Positions 10,042-19,265 of a DNA stretch of 64,000 nt are shown piece by piece. Every line of letters begins with the position of its first letter. Position 1 is the stretch's first letter. Below the pieces are notes generated by a model. It did not search any database and was not told the origin of the DNA. It was given only the letters and a program-made list of their open reading frames with translations. Made by a program: the position numbers and the translations under genes. The stretch comes from an uncultured Actinomycetota bacterium. Lineage in GTDB: Bacteria; Actinomycetota; Actinomycetes; JAHEKZ01. Location: the NCBI GenBank assembly GCA_963718235.1, contig CAVQYR010000001.1:64001-128000 (forward strand), given 5' to 3'.

Positions 10042-11447
10042 CGTCTCAGCACGACGACGGGCCGCTGGACGTCGTGGTCATCGGTGCGGGCGTCGTCGGA
10101 TGCGCGATCGCTCGCGAGCTCACCGGGCACGGGCTCGCCGTGGCTCTCGTCGAGGCGCGACCCGACGTCGGGGCGGGGACGAGCAAGGCGAACACCGCGA
10201 TCTGGCACACCGGGTTCGACGCCAAGCCAGGCTCGCTCGAGGCGCGCCTGGTCGCCCGCGGGTACCGGCTGCTCAGCCAACGTGCGCCGGCGTCGGGCTG
10301 GGCCCTGCGCAGGACCGGAGCCGTGCTCGTGGCCTGGGACGCAGAACAGCTCGAACGGCTCCCAGCGATCGAGGCCAACGCGCTCGCCGTGGGCTACGAA
10401 CACCTCACCTCCCTTCGACCCGACGAGGTGTACGCGCTCGAGCCACACCTGGGACCGGGCGTCTGCGGCGGGCTCCTGGTCCCCGACGAAGGGCTGCTCG
10501 ACCCCTGGTCGATCACCCTCGGGCTGGCCACCGAGGCGGTCCAGGGCGGGGCCCGGCTCCACCTCGGCTCTCCGGTGGTCGCCATCGAGTCCGAGGAAGA
10601 CGCCCATCACGTGGTCACCGGCACCTCGCGGCTGCGCACCCGCTGGGTCGTCGATGCGGCAGGGCTCGGCTCCGACGTGGTCGACGCGATGATCGCCCCG
10701 GCGGGACGTACCGAGGACTTCACGGTCACCGCCCGAAGGGGCCAGCTCGTCGTCTTCGACAAGCTCGCTGCTCAACTCCTGACCCGGATCGTCCTGCCCG
10801 TCCCGACGCCCACCACCAAAGGGGTGCTCGTGACGCCGACCATCTACGGCAACGTGCTCCTGGGACCCACAGCCGAGGACCTCGACGACCGCACGGCCAC
10901 CCAGACCACCGGCTCAGGACTTGCCTTCCTGCTCGAGCACGGCCAGCGCATCCTGCCTGCCCTGCTCGACGAGGAGGTGACCGCGACCTACGCCGGAATC
11001 CGAGCCGCCACCGAGCACAGCGACTACTGCTACGAGGTGTTCGCCGAGCACCGCTACGTGCGCGTCGGGGGCATCCGCTCGACCGGCGTCTCCAGCGCGC
11101 TCGCGATCGCCGAGAAGGTCGTCCACGACCTGAGCGACGCCGGCGAGCGGCTCCAGGAACCACCCGACTCCGTCGTGTGGACCATGCCGTCTCTGGCCGA
11201 GGACGCAGTTCGGCCCTACCTGGACGACGCCCGGATCGCCCGCGACCCCGCCTACGGCGAGATCGTGTGCCACTGCGAACGGGTCACCCGTGGTGAGATC
11301 CGCGACGCTCTCGCCTCGCCGATCCCGCCGGTCGACGTCGACGGGCTGAAGCGGCGGACCCGCACGCTCATGGGACGCTGCCAGGGCTTCTACTGCGGCG
11401 CCCGGGTGGTCGGCCTCCTCGAGCAAGGCGCGGCCAACCATGGCTGA
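10038..11447 (+). CDS. FAD-dependent oxidoreductase (G3P dehydrogenase/L-2-hydroxyglutarate oxidase-like) with C-terminal BFD-like [2Fe-2S] domain
   Basis: GAGVVG, TSKANTAI, GIRSTG, CHCE...GRCQGFYC; GTGA overlap with the kinase. Confidence 0.88.
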   Translation: MTSQHDDGPLDVVVIGAGVVGCAIARELTGHGLAVALVEARPDVGAGTSKANTAIWHTGFDAKPGSLEARLVARGYRLLSQRAPASGWALRRTGAVLVAWDAEQLERLPAIEANALAVGYEHLTSLRPDEVYALEPHLGPGVCGGLLVPDEGLLDPWSITLGLATEAVQGGARLHLGSPVVAIESEEDAHHVVTGTSRLRTRWVVDAAGLGSDVVDAMIAPAGRTEDFTVTARRGQLVVFDKLAAQLLTRIVLPVPTPTTKGVLVTPTIYGNVLLGPTAEDLDDRTATQTTGSGLAFLLEHGQRILPALLDEEVTATYAGIRAATEHSDYCYEVFAEHRYVRVGGIRSTGVSSALAIAEKVVHDLSDAGERLQEPPDSVVWTMPSLAEDAVRPYLDDARIARDPAYGEIVCHCERVTRGEIRDALASPIPPVDVDGLKRRTRTLMGRCQGFYCGARVVGLLEQGAANHG

Positions 11448-12666
11448 CGTCGTGGTGGTCGGTGGCGGACCGAGCGGTCTCGCCGCGGCCAGCGCGCTGA
11501 AGGCCGCGGGGGTGGCCGACGTCGTCGTCCTGGAGCGCGAGCCCGACGCCGGCGGGGTCCCCCGGCACAGCGCCCACCTCGGGTATGGGATGCGCGACCT
11601 GGGTCGGGTCCTCAGCGGTCCGGGCTACGCCAGGACTTGGGTGCGCCGGGCTCTCGACGCCGGGGCCGACCTTCGGACGGCGTCCACGGTGACCGAGTGG
11701 GACGACGCCCGCACGGTGACCGTGACCTCGCCCTCGGGTCGGTACCGCCTGGACGCGCGGGCGATCGTGCTCGCCACCGGGTGTCGCGAGCGTCCGAGGT
11801 CGGCTCGGCTGGTCCCCGGGTCACGCCCGGCGGGGATCCTGACGACCGGCCAGCTGCAGCAGCTGGTCCACCTCCACGACGCGGCGCCGGGTCGTCGCGC
11901 GGTCGTCGTCGGCGCCGAGCATGTGTCGTACTCGGCGGTGATGACCCTGGCCGGAGCCGGCTGCGACGTCGTCGCGATGGTGACCGACGAGCCACGGCCG
12001 TCGTCGTTTCGCACGTTCGACCGCGCGGCCCGCGCCCGTTGGCGGTTCCCGCTCCGCACCCGCTCCACGGTCACCGACATTGGGGGCAGCGAGCGGGTCG
12101 AGTGGGTCGAGCTGACCGACAGCGACGGACGTCGGACCGTCGTGCAGTGCGACACCGTGGTCTTCACCGGCGACTGGATCGCCGACCACGAGCTGGCCCG
12201 CCGCCACGGCGTCGCGGTGGACCGCGGTTCGACCGGCCCCATCGTCGACGCCTCGCTGCGAACCTCGACGCCCGGAGTGTTCGCGGTCGGCAACCTGCTG
12301 CACCCGGCCGAGACCGCCGACGTCTGCGCTCTTGACGGTCGTCACGTCGCCCAGGGGGTGGTGGCCTGGCTGCACGGCGCCGCGTGGCCCGGTGTCGGCG
12401 TGCCGATCCTGGTCGAGGAGCCGCTTCGCTGGGTCTCCCCCGGGCGGGTCACCGACGCCGCGGTGCCGCCGCGGAACCGCTTGACCCTGCGGGGCGCGAC
12501 CTGGGTCCAGCGCCCGGTGCTCGACATCTCCCAGGGGGAACGGACCTTGTGGCGCGGACGACGCCCGTGGCTGGCGCCCAGCCGTCCGGTCTACCTGCCC
12601 GCTCCCTGGCTCCACCGCGTCGACCGCGACGGCCCGCCGATCCGGATCAGCGTCGGTCGACCCTGA
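11440..12666 (+). CDS. NAD(P)/FAD-dependent oxidoreductase (pyridine nucleotide-disulfide family)
   Basis: GGGPSG, ATGCRER, PGSRPAG, FAVGN. Confidence 0.87.
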   Translation: MADVVVVGGGPSGLAAASALKAAGVADVVVLEREPDAGGVPRHSAHLGYGMRDLGRVLSGPGYARTWVRRALDAGADLRTASTVTEWDDARTVTVTSPSGRYRLDARAIVLATGCRERPRSARLVPGSRPAGILTTGQLQQLVHLHDAAPGRRAVVVGAEHVSYSAVMTLAGAGCDVVAMVTDEPRPSSFRTFDRAARARWRFPLRTRSTVTDIGGSERVEWVELTDSDGRRTVVQCDTVVFTGDWIADHELARRHGVAVDRGSTGPIVDASLRTSTPGVFAVGNLLHPAETADVCALDGRHVAQGVVAWLHGAAWPGVGVPILVEEPLRWVSPGRVTDAAVPPRNRLTLRGATWVQRPVLDISQGERTLWRGRRPWLAPSRPVYLPAPWLHRVDRDGPPIRISVGRP

Positions 12667-12943
12667 CCGGATGCCAGATGTCGCGAAGGCCTCGGGGAGC
12701 CAGGACGAGCCAGATGACGAAGGCCACGACGTTGAAGGGAATCGCAAGGAAGACGAACGCGAGGCAAGGCGCCCCGACCCAGACCACCGTGGCCACCAGG
12801 CGCCCGGCCGGTCCGAACGTGGTGGCGCTGGCCCGCCACCGACTGGACGCCGGTGGGTCGGGCCGGGGCATCCGGGCCGCAGGGGGCTGGTGGCGACGGG
12901 TCTGGGTGCCGGCCTGCAGCCGTTCCGCAGCGGGTTGGTCCAC
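12647..12943 (-). CDS. Hypothetical small membrane protein
   Basis: C-terminal hydrophobic hairpin; fills gap; no family recognised. Confidence 0.35.
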   Translation of the reverse strand: MDQPAAERLQAGTQTRRHQPPAARMPRPDPPASSRWRASATTFGPAGRLVATVVWVGAPCLAFVFLAIPFNVVAFVIWLVLAPRGLRDIWHPVRVDRR

Positions 12944-13002
12944 GCTTGGTTGTCGACCCAGCCGTCGCCGCTCTTGAGAGGTGGGTGCGACGCGGCCGGC
13001 GA

Positions 13003-13332
13003 TCAGCAGGTGACGCAGGTGGTGGCCCAGGGCAGGGCGTCGATCCGCTCGGTGGCGATCTGCGAGCCGCAGCGGTCGCAGGTCCCGTAGGTGCCGTCCG
13101 TCAGCTTGGCCTGGGCCCGGGTGATCGCGGCGAGCATCGTCTGCAGCCGATCCGATGCAGCGACCTGGGTGATCCGCTCGACCGCGATGCTCGTGCCGTC
13201 ACCCACCCGCTTGCCGAAGGAGATGTCCCCGGAGTCGACGGCGGGAGCATGCAGTGCGGCCAGCTCGGCGCGCACCTCGGCCTCCTTGGCGGCCAGCGCA
13301 GCGTCGAGGTCCTGTCTCACCTTCGGGTCCAT
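13003..13332 (-). CDS. TraR/DksA C4-type zinc finger protein
   Basis: GTYGTCDRCG..I..ERIDALPWATTCVTC; preceding coiled coil. Confidence 0.88.
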   Translation of the reverse strand: MDPKVRQDLDAALAAKEAEVRAELAALHAPAVDSGDISFGKRVGDGTSIAVERITQVAASDRLQTMLAAITRAQAKLTDGTYGTCDRCGSQIATERIDALPWATTCVTC

Positions 13333-13439
13333 CCCCCCAGTGTGACGGTGACGAACGCCTCTGGCGCGACCGGGCCGGTAAATGGGACAACGAAGGTGCG
13401 GAGGTCAGTTTGGCCTGCGCGAGCGAAGAGGGAGGCGTC

Positions 13440-14018
13440 ATGTCGAAGTTCACAAGGGCTCTGACCATGAGCGCCGTCGCAATGCTGGTCGTCGCCGGGT
13501 GCGGTAGCGGTGCGGACGAGACAGCGAGCACACCGACCACCGAAGGGGCGACCTCGGCGAGTTCTTCCGCCACCACGCACTCGACCGGTCCTGGCGAGCC
13601 GTCACTGATCGCCGTGCCCGGCTACGAGTACGGGTCGGTGGCACCTGAGCTCGAGCAGCAGTACAGCGCGCTGGAGGACGGCAAGGTCCTCACCTCGATG
13701 TCCGTCCACGCGGTCACCAAGGACGGAGCAGATGTCGGCTACCTGGTGTTGTTCGACATGGCGAGCAAGTTCGCCGACAACCCAGCGGTGGCAGAGAACA
13801 TCGTCAACGGCATGGCGGGCGGGATGGCCGGCGCCGGAGGGACGGTCAAGCAGGAGACCATCTCCGGCGAGAAGGTCGTGGTTGCCACCGGCGAGGGAGG
13901 CTCCTCAGAAGTCGTCTACGCCTGGTTCCACGACGGGACGATGAGCGTCTTCGCGTCGCAGGACGCCGACGCGTCGTCCAACTTCGTCGGCGCCTACCTG
14001 CAGGAGGCCAACGCCTGA
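13440..14018 (+). CDS. Putative lipoprotein
   Basis: GGAGG RBS; signal peptide with VAGC lipobox; S/T-rich linker. Confidence 0.75.
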   Translation: MSKFTRALTMSAVAMLVVAGCGSGADETASTPTTEGATSASSSATTHSTGPGEPSLIAVPGYEYGSVAPELEQQYSALEDGKVLTSMSVHAVTKDGADVGYLVLFDMASKFADNPAVAENIVNGMAGGMAGAGGTVKQETISGEKVVVATGEGGSSEVVYAWFHDGTMSVFASQDADASSNFVGAYLQEANA

Positions 14019-14025
14019 CCTGGGC

Positions 14026-15552
14026 TCACAGCTGGAAGTCGGGGTGCCAGTCGAACGCACCGACGTCCATCTGGGCGCGCTGCAGCCGGCCGCTGTAGTC
14101 CCAGTTCATCGACTGCCAACGGGTGAACTGGTCGAGCACCCAGACCCCTGACTGCCGTGAGCCGTTGCCGCTGAGCCCGTTGCCCCCGAAGGGCAGGTGC
14201 GCCTCAGCCCCAGACGTCGAGTTGTTGACGCTGACCATGCCCGCCGAGACTCCCTCGCGGAAGCGCCACACCGATTGGGGGTCGGTCGTGTAGATCGACG
14301 ACGACAGCCCGTAGCCGTGCCCGTTCGCGAGACCGATCGCCTCGGTCAGGTCGTCGAACACCCCGAGGCCGACCAGCGGACCGAACGTCTCGGTGGAGTA
14401 CAGGACGTCACCAGGGCGCACGCCCTCGACGATCGTGGGGTGGGCGTACAGGCCGATGTCGGGGTCGCCGACGAACCCCTGTCGTGGGTTGGACGAGGTG
14501 ATCCGCCCCACGCCGGTCGAGCCGTGCAGCACGTGGTGGTCGTCGACGAGGTCGAGCCAGCCGACGAAGCGCTGCAGGAACCGCTCGTCGATCATCGGGC
14601 CGTACAGAACCTGCTGCGACGGGTCACCGACCACGCAGGACTGCACCGCGCCGACGAACCGGTCGCGGAACGAGTCGTAGACGTCTCGGTGGGCCCAGAC
14701 CGTCCCGAGGGAGGTGCACCGCTGGCCGGCGGTGCCGAACCCGCTGAACAGGGCGCCCTCGACCGCGAGCTCGAGGTCGGCGTCGGGCATGACCACCATC
14801 GGGTTCTTGCCACCGAGCTCGAGGCAGGGGCTTTGCAGGTGGTGCCCGCACAGCGCCCCGATCCGACGTCCGACGTCCGACGAGCCGGTGAAGCCGACCT
14901 TGTCGACCAGGCCTCGCTGGAGCGCCTGATCGAGTCCCTCGTACGTGGTGGGACCGTCGGCGTGGACGACCTGCAGCACCTCATGCGGGACGCCACCGGC
15001 CCGAAAGAGCGCGACGAGGGCGTCGGCCACGGCGTTCGCGGTCTCGGCCGGCTTCCAGACCACGGAGTTGCCGCACAGCAAGGCGGGCACGAGGTACCAC
15101 GACGGTACGGCGGCCGGGAAGTTGCCCGCCGTGATGATGCACGCCACACCGACCGGCACCCGGAAGGTGAACAGCTGCTTGTCCGGCATCTCGCTCGGCA
15201 CCGTCTGCCCGTACAGGCGGCGCCCCTCACCCAGGAAGAAGTCGCAGGTGTCGATGACCTCCTGCACCTCCCCGAGCGCCTCGGCGTAGGGCTTGCCGAT
15301 CTCACGGGTGACCAGGGCGGACAACGCTGCCTTGTTGGCCTCGACGAGGCGGCCGACCTGGGCGATCACCCGACCCCGCACGGGTGCGGGGACACCGGCC
15401 CAGCCACGCTGGGCCACGCGCGCGATCGCGGCGGCGTCGACCAGCTCTGACGCCGGCTGCAGCGTCCCTTCCCAGACGACCTCGGCCTCGTCGGCCGGGT
15501 TGCGCTTGACGAACGACGAGCCGGGTGGGGGAGGCGTGGATGCGGCGGTCAT
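14026..15552 (-). CDS. Aldehyde dehydrogenase family protein
   Basis: ITAGNFP, WKPAE, FTGS, LELGGKN, GQRCT, ETFGP, PFGG. Confidence 0.93.
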   Translation of the reverse strand: MTAASTPPPPGSSFVKRNPADEAEVVWEGTLQPASELVDAAAIARVAQRGWAGVPAPVRGRVIAQVGRLVEANKAALSALVTREIGKPYAEALGEVQEVIDTCDFFLGEGRRLYGQTVPSEMPDKQLFTFRVPVGVACIITAGNFPAAVPSWYLVPALLCGNSVVWKPAETANAVADALVALFRAGGVPHEVLQVVHADGPTTYEGLDQALQRGLVDKVGFTGSSDVGRRIGALCGHHLQSPCLELGGKNPMVVMPDADLELAVEGALFSGFGTAGQRCTSLGTVWAHRDVYDSFRDRFVGAVQSCVVGDPSQQVLYGPMIDERFLQRFVGWLDLVDDHHVLHGSTGVGRITSSNPRQGFVGDPDIGLYAHPTIVEGVRPGDVLYSTETFGPLVGLGVFDDLTEAIGLANGHGYGLSSSIYTTDPQSVWRFREGVSAGMVSVNNSTSGAEAHLPFGGNGLSGNGSRQSGVWVLDQFTRWQSMNWDYSGRLQRAQMDVGAFDWHPDFQL

Positions 15553-15578
15553 GTCCCCCACCCTGCCAGGATTCGTCC

Positions 15579-17192
15579 ATGGCCGGACCCACGACCGCCG
15601 AGCGCGTTCTCTCCCTGCTGCACACCAGCGGAGTCACCACGGCGTTCGGCCTCCCGGGCGTGCACAACCTGGCCTTCTGGTCGGCTCGTGCCCAACCGCT
15701 CGAGGTGGTGACCGTTCGTCACGAACAGACCGCGGCCTTCGCTGCAGACGGGCTCGCCCGGGCCACCGGAGGGCTCGGTGTGGCCCTGGTCACCTCGGGG
15801 CCGGGTGCGGCGAACACCGTGGCTGCGATCGGCGAGGCGGCGGCCGCCGGCAGCCCGGTCCTGCTCGTCGCCAGTGACGTGCCGGTCGGCCCCCGTGCGC
15901 CAGGTCGGGTGCGCGGTCTCCTGCACGAGAGCCGAGACCAGGGCGCGCTGTTCGAACCCCTGGTCAAGGCGGTGCTGCAGCCGACGAGCCCGGAGGCCGC
16001 TGTCGCCGCGGCCACCCTTGCCGTCGAGACGGCACTGGAGGCCCCCGCCGGGCCGGTGTACCTGGGGATCCCCGCCGACGTGCTGGGCAGCGCCGCGCCG
16101 GCCGCCGACCCGCCGCAGCACGCCGTGCGCGTGTCCGCCTCCGCCGCTGAGCTGACCGCCGCCGCCGCGCTGGTCAACGCCGCGCGACGTCCGGTCATCT
16201 GGGCCGGTGGCGGGGTGGTCAGCAGCGACGCGGTCGACTCGCTGGATGCATTGGCCTGGCGGCTGGGTGCGCCGGTCGTCACGACGTACGCCGGGCGCGG
16301 ATCGCTGCCGGCCGGGCACCCGTTGCTCGTCGACGCCCCGGTCCACGAGCCCGTCGTCGACGAGCTGCTCGCCGGCGCGGACCTGCTGCTGGTGCTCGGG
16401 TCGGCGCTGGACGGCATGTCCACCCGCAACTGGGCCATGGCTCGTCCGCAGCGGGTGATCGACGTGAACCTGGCCCCCAGCGGAGAGCTCGACCCCGACC
16501 TCGCCGTCGTCGGCGACGTCCGCACGGTCGTGGACGCCCTGGCCGTGCGGCTGCGGCCGCGGGAGCCCTGGGCCGACGCGCCGTTCGCGCTGCGCGACGT
16601 GGTGCGTCGCCAGTCCGCGTCCGATCCCCGGACCGCGTCGGCGGTCGAGCTGGTCGAGGCCGTCGAGCAGGCCTGGCCCGACGACGGAGTGGTCGTCTGC
16701 GACATGGCGGTCGCCGGCTACTGGGTCGGGGGCTACGCGGCCATGGCCAGACCGCGAAGGCTTGCCTACCCAGTGGGCTGGGGAACCCTGGGCTTCGGGC
16801 TCCCGGCCGCGATCGGTGCCGCGACGACCGGGCGGCCCACCCTGGCCGTGGTCGGTGACGGCGGTCTTGCCATGGCGGTTGGTGAGCTGGCCACCGTCGT
16901 CCAGCACCAGCTGCCCGTCACGCTGCTCGTCGTCGACGACGGCGGCTACGGCATGCTGCGCTTCGACGCCGGGCGGACCGGACGAGCGGCACCCGGGCTG
17001 GACCTGATCGGCCCCGACTGGTGCACGCTGGCCGCCGCGTACGGCATCTCCGCGGTGGAGGTGCACAGTCCCGAACACGTGGCGCTGGCCCTGTCGTCCG
17101 CTGCGGACGACCCGGCGCCGGCCATGGTCGTGTGGCGCACCGCCCTGTACCCGCCACGGTCGACAAGCCCCCGTTGGGCGGATCCCCGCTGA
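15579..17192 (+). CDS. Thiamine pyrophosphate-dependent enzyme (AHAS/decarboxylase-like)
   Basis: FGLPGVHN, RHEQ, TSGPGAAN, GDGG...DDGGYG. Confidence 0.9.
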   Translation: MAGPTTAERVLSLLHTSGVTTAFGLPGVHNLAFWSARAQPLEVVTVRHEQTAAFAADGLARATGGLGVALVTSGPGAANTVAAIGEAAAAGSPVLLVASDVPVGPRAPGRVRGLLHESRDQGALFEPLVKAVLQPTSPEAAVAAATLAVETALEAPAGPVYLGIPADVLGSAAPAADPPQHAVRVSASAAELTAAAALVNAARRPVIWAGGGVVSSDAVDSLDALAWRLGAPVVTTYAGRGSLPAGHPLLVDAPVHEPVVDELLAGADLLLVLGSALDGMSTRNWAMARPQRVIDVNLAPSGELDPDLAVVGDVRTVVDALAVRLRPREPWADAPFALRDVVRRQSASDPRTASAVELVEAVEQAWPDDGVVVCDMAVAGYWVGGYAAMARPRRLAYPVGWGTLGFGLPAAIGAATTGRPTLAVVGDGGLAMAVGELATVVQHQLPVTLLVVDDGGYGMLRFDAGRTGRAAPGLDLIGPDWCTLAAAYGISAVEVHSPEHVALALSSAADDPAPAMVVWRTALYPPRSTSPRWADPR

Positions 17193-17236
17193 GCGTTTCG
17201 ACAGGTAGGGTCGCCGCACACCAATCGGGAGCGCCC

Positions 17237-18871
17237 ATGTCCTTGACTCGCCGTGCCGCCATCGGCCTGGCTTCCCTCGTCGCCACCAGCGTGGCGGCGG
17301 GACTGCTCGGCGCGCCCCTGGCCGCCGCCACCGCTTCGCGCTCCGACGCCGGGCACGACGCCGGGCACGACGCCGGGCAGGCCGCCGGGCACAACCCGAG
17401 CCGGGTCGAAGCCCAGGCCGCCCTGGCTGCGGCCCAGGCGCTGTTCGGTCCGACCCCCGCGAGCGCCCGAAGTGCCGAGCCGACCGCCGATGCCACGCTC
17501 GTGCTGCGCGACCTCGCCCGGGCGGTGCCCGCCCTCGGTCCCGCCGGACGCCGGGCCGCCCACGAGCTCCTGGCCCGACCGAGCGACCCGACGTCCAACG
17601 ACTCGTGGGGACGCCGGTCCAACCTCAAGCTCTGCAACGCGCGGCTGTGCGTGCGCTGGACGAACAAGGGGGTCAACGCCCCGCCGCGCGCCGACAGCGA
17701 CCGCGACGGGGTGCCCAACCAGGTCGAGCGGACCCTGGCCGTGGCCAACGAGGTCTGGTCGACCGAGGTCGGCGCGCTGAACTACCGCCGTCCGCTGACC
17801 GACCAGCGGGCCAGCTTCGACAACAAGGACCGTCGCTTCGACATCTACCTCGCGGCCCTGAGCCGTGGCCTGTACGGGTACTGCGCACCTGACGACAGCC
17901 GGATGAAGCGCTCCTCCACCTACCGCTACTACGACGTCGCTGCCTACTGCGTCCTGGACGACGACTACGCCCGTTTCGACTTCCCGTCCGGCACGCCGTT
18001 GTCGAACCTGCAGGTCACCGCCGCCCACGAGTTCCAGCACGCGATCCAGTTCGGCTACGACGTCAGTGAGGACGCCTGGATCATGGAGTCCACCGCCACG
18101 TGGATGGAGGACCAGGTCTTCGACGGCAGCAACGACAACCGGCAGTACCTCACCTACAGCCAGCTGAACCGGCCGAACCAGTCCCTGGACCTCGGCAAGG
18201 CGTTCAACTGGTACGGCAACTGGATCTTCTTCCGGTGGCTCAGCGAGCGCTACGGTCCGTCCGTCGTCCGCCAGGTCTGGGGGCGCCTCGACGCGAGCCC
18301 CGGAGGTGCTGACGACTACTCGACGCTCGGGATCGCCAACGCCCTGGGTGGCCGCGGTGTCTCCTTCGCAGACGCCTACGCCCGGTTCACCGCGGACAAC
18401 CAGTCACCGAGCGCGCGGTACGAGGAGGGCGCTGCCTACGACGCCGGGCCGGCCATGGAGTTCGTTCTGAGCAACGCGGACCCGAACTCCGGGGTGGTCA
18501 CCAAGACCCTCGACCACCTCACGTCGGCCGCGGTGCGCTTCGTGCCCAAGTCCGGTGTCGGAGCCGCGACGCTGGACCTCACCCTCGACGTGCCCGACCC
18601 CGCTGGCGGCGGCCGCGCGGTGCTGATCCAGACGTCCACCACCGGAGACGTCACGACCAACGTCCAGTCCGTGCTCCCTGACGGCAGCCTGACCCTCGCG
18701 GCCATCCCGTTCGACCCGGCCGACGTCGCGTCGGTCACCGTCGTGCTCGTCAACGCCGGCGCCAAGGTCAAGGGGTCGACCTGTTTTCGCTTCCAGACCC
18801 TCTACGCCTGCGGTGGAGCGGTCTCGCTCAGCGACGGTGGAGCCGCCTCGGTGAGGGGCCAGCTCGGCTGA
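17237..18871 (+). CDS. Secreted zinc metalloprotease (MXAN_6640-like), probable Tat substrate
   Basis: TRR signal peptide; DSDRDGVP; TAAHEFQHAIQFGY; W.MESTATWME. Confidence 0.8.
   Translation: MSLTRRAAIGLASLVATSVAAGLLGAPLAAATASRSDAGHDAGHDAGQAAGHNPSRVEAQAALAAAQALFGPTPASARSAEPTADATLVLRDLARAVPALGPAGRRAAHELLARPSDPTSNDSWGRRSNLKLCNARLCVRWTNKGVNAPPRADSDRDGVPNQVERTLAVANEVWSTEVGALNYRRPLTDQRASFDNKDRRFDIYLAALSRGLYGYCAPDDSRMKRSSTYRYYDVAAYCVLDDDYARFDFPSGTPLSNLQVTAAHEFQHAIQFGYDVSEDAWIMESTATWMEDQVFDGSNDNRQYLTYSQLNRPNQSLDLGKAFNWYGNWIFFRWLSERYGPSVVRQVWGRLDASPGGADDYSTLGIANALGGRGVSFADAYARFTADNQSPSARYEEGAAYDAGPAMEFVLSNADPNSGVVTKTLDHLTSAAVRFVPKSGVGAATLDLTLDVPDPAGGGRAVLIQTSTTGDVTTNVQSVLPDGSLTLAAIPFDPADVASVTVVLVNAGAKVKGSTCFRFQTLYACGGAVSLSDGGAASVRGQLG
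17345..17392 (+). repeat. In-frame 12-bp tandem repeat x4 (DAGH)
   Basis: gacgccgggcac gacgccgggcac gacgccgggcag gccgccgggcac. Confidence 0.85.
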
Positions 18872-18920
18872 GCCGCGAACCTGTGAACCGATGAAGAATC
18901 GGCTCACTGCTCCGGCCGGG

Positions 18921-18949
18921 GGAACTTCACCCCGAGTCGAAGCGTCTGA
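18921..18949 (+). promoter_or_regulatory. Candidate ECF-sigma promoter for whiB
   Basis: GGAACTT-N16-GTCTGA. Confidence 0.45.
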
Positions 18950-18980
18950 CTTCGTGACCCCGCTGTCACGAGGAGGACGC

Positions 18981-19250
18981 ATGACCTGGCAGGACGACGC
19001 ATCCTGCATGACCGTCGACCCGGAGCTGTTCTTCCCGGTCGGCACCACCGGCGACGCCGTCGTGCAGGTCGAGGCCGCCAAGGCGATCTGCCGTTCCTGT
19101 CCGGTGGCCGGGTTGTGCCTGGAGTTCGCCCTGGCCAGCCGGCAGGACTTCGGCGTGTGGGGCGGTCTGAGCGAGGAAGAACGTCGTTCGCTTCGCCGGT
19201 CGCGCCAGCGGGCGGCCCGACGCCAGGCCCAGTCCCCCGTCGCTGCCTGA
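18981..19250 (+). CDS. whiB: WhiB-family transcriptional regulator (WhiB1/WblE-like)
   Basis: C..VDPELFFP, CRSCPV..C, GVWGG; RBS AGGAGG. Confidence 0.92.
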   Translation: MTWQDDASCMTVDPELFFPVGTTGDAVVQVEAAKAICRSCPVAGLCLEFALASRQDFGVWGGLSEEERRSLRRSRQRAARRQAQSPVAA

Positions 19251-19265
19251 GGTAGCGTCGCCGGT

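Noticed and set aside
18952-18971. CRP site upstream of whiB
   Set aside because: CGTGA and TCACG are separated by 8 nt rather than 6; kept only as a generic palindrome
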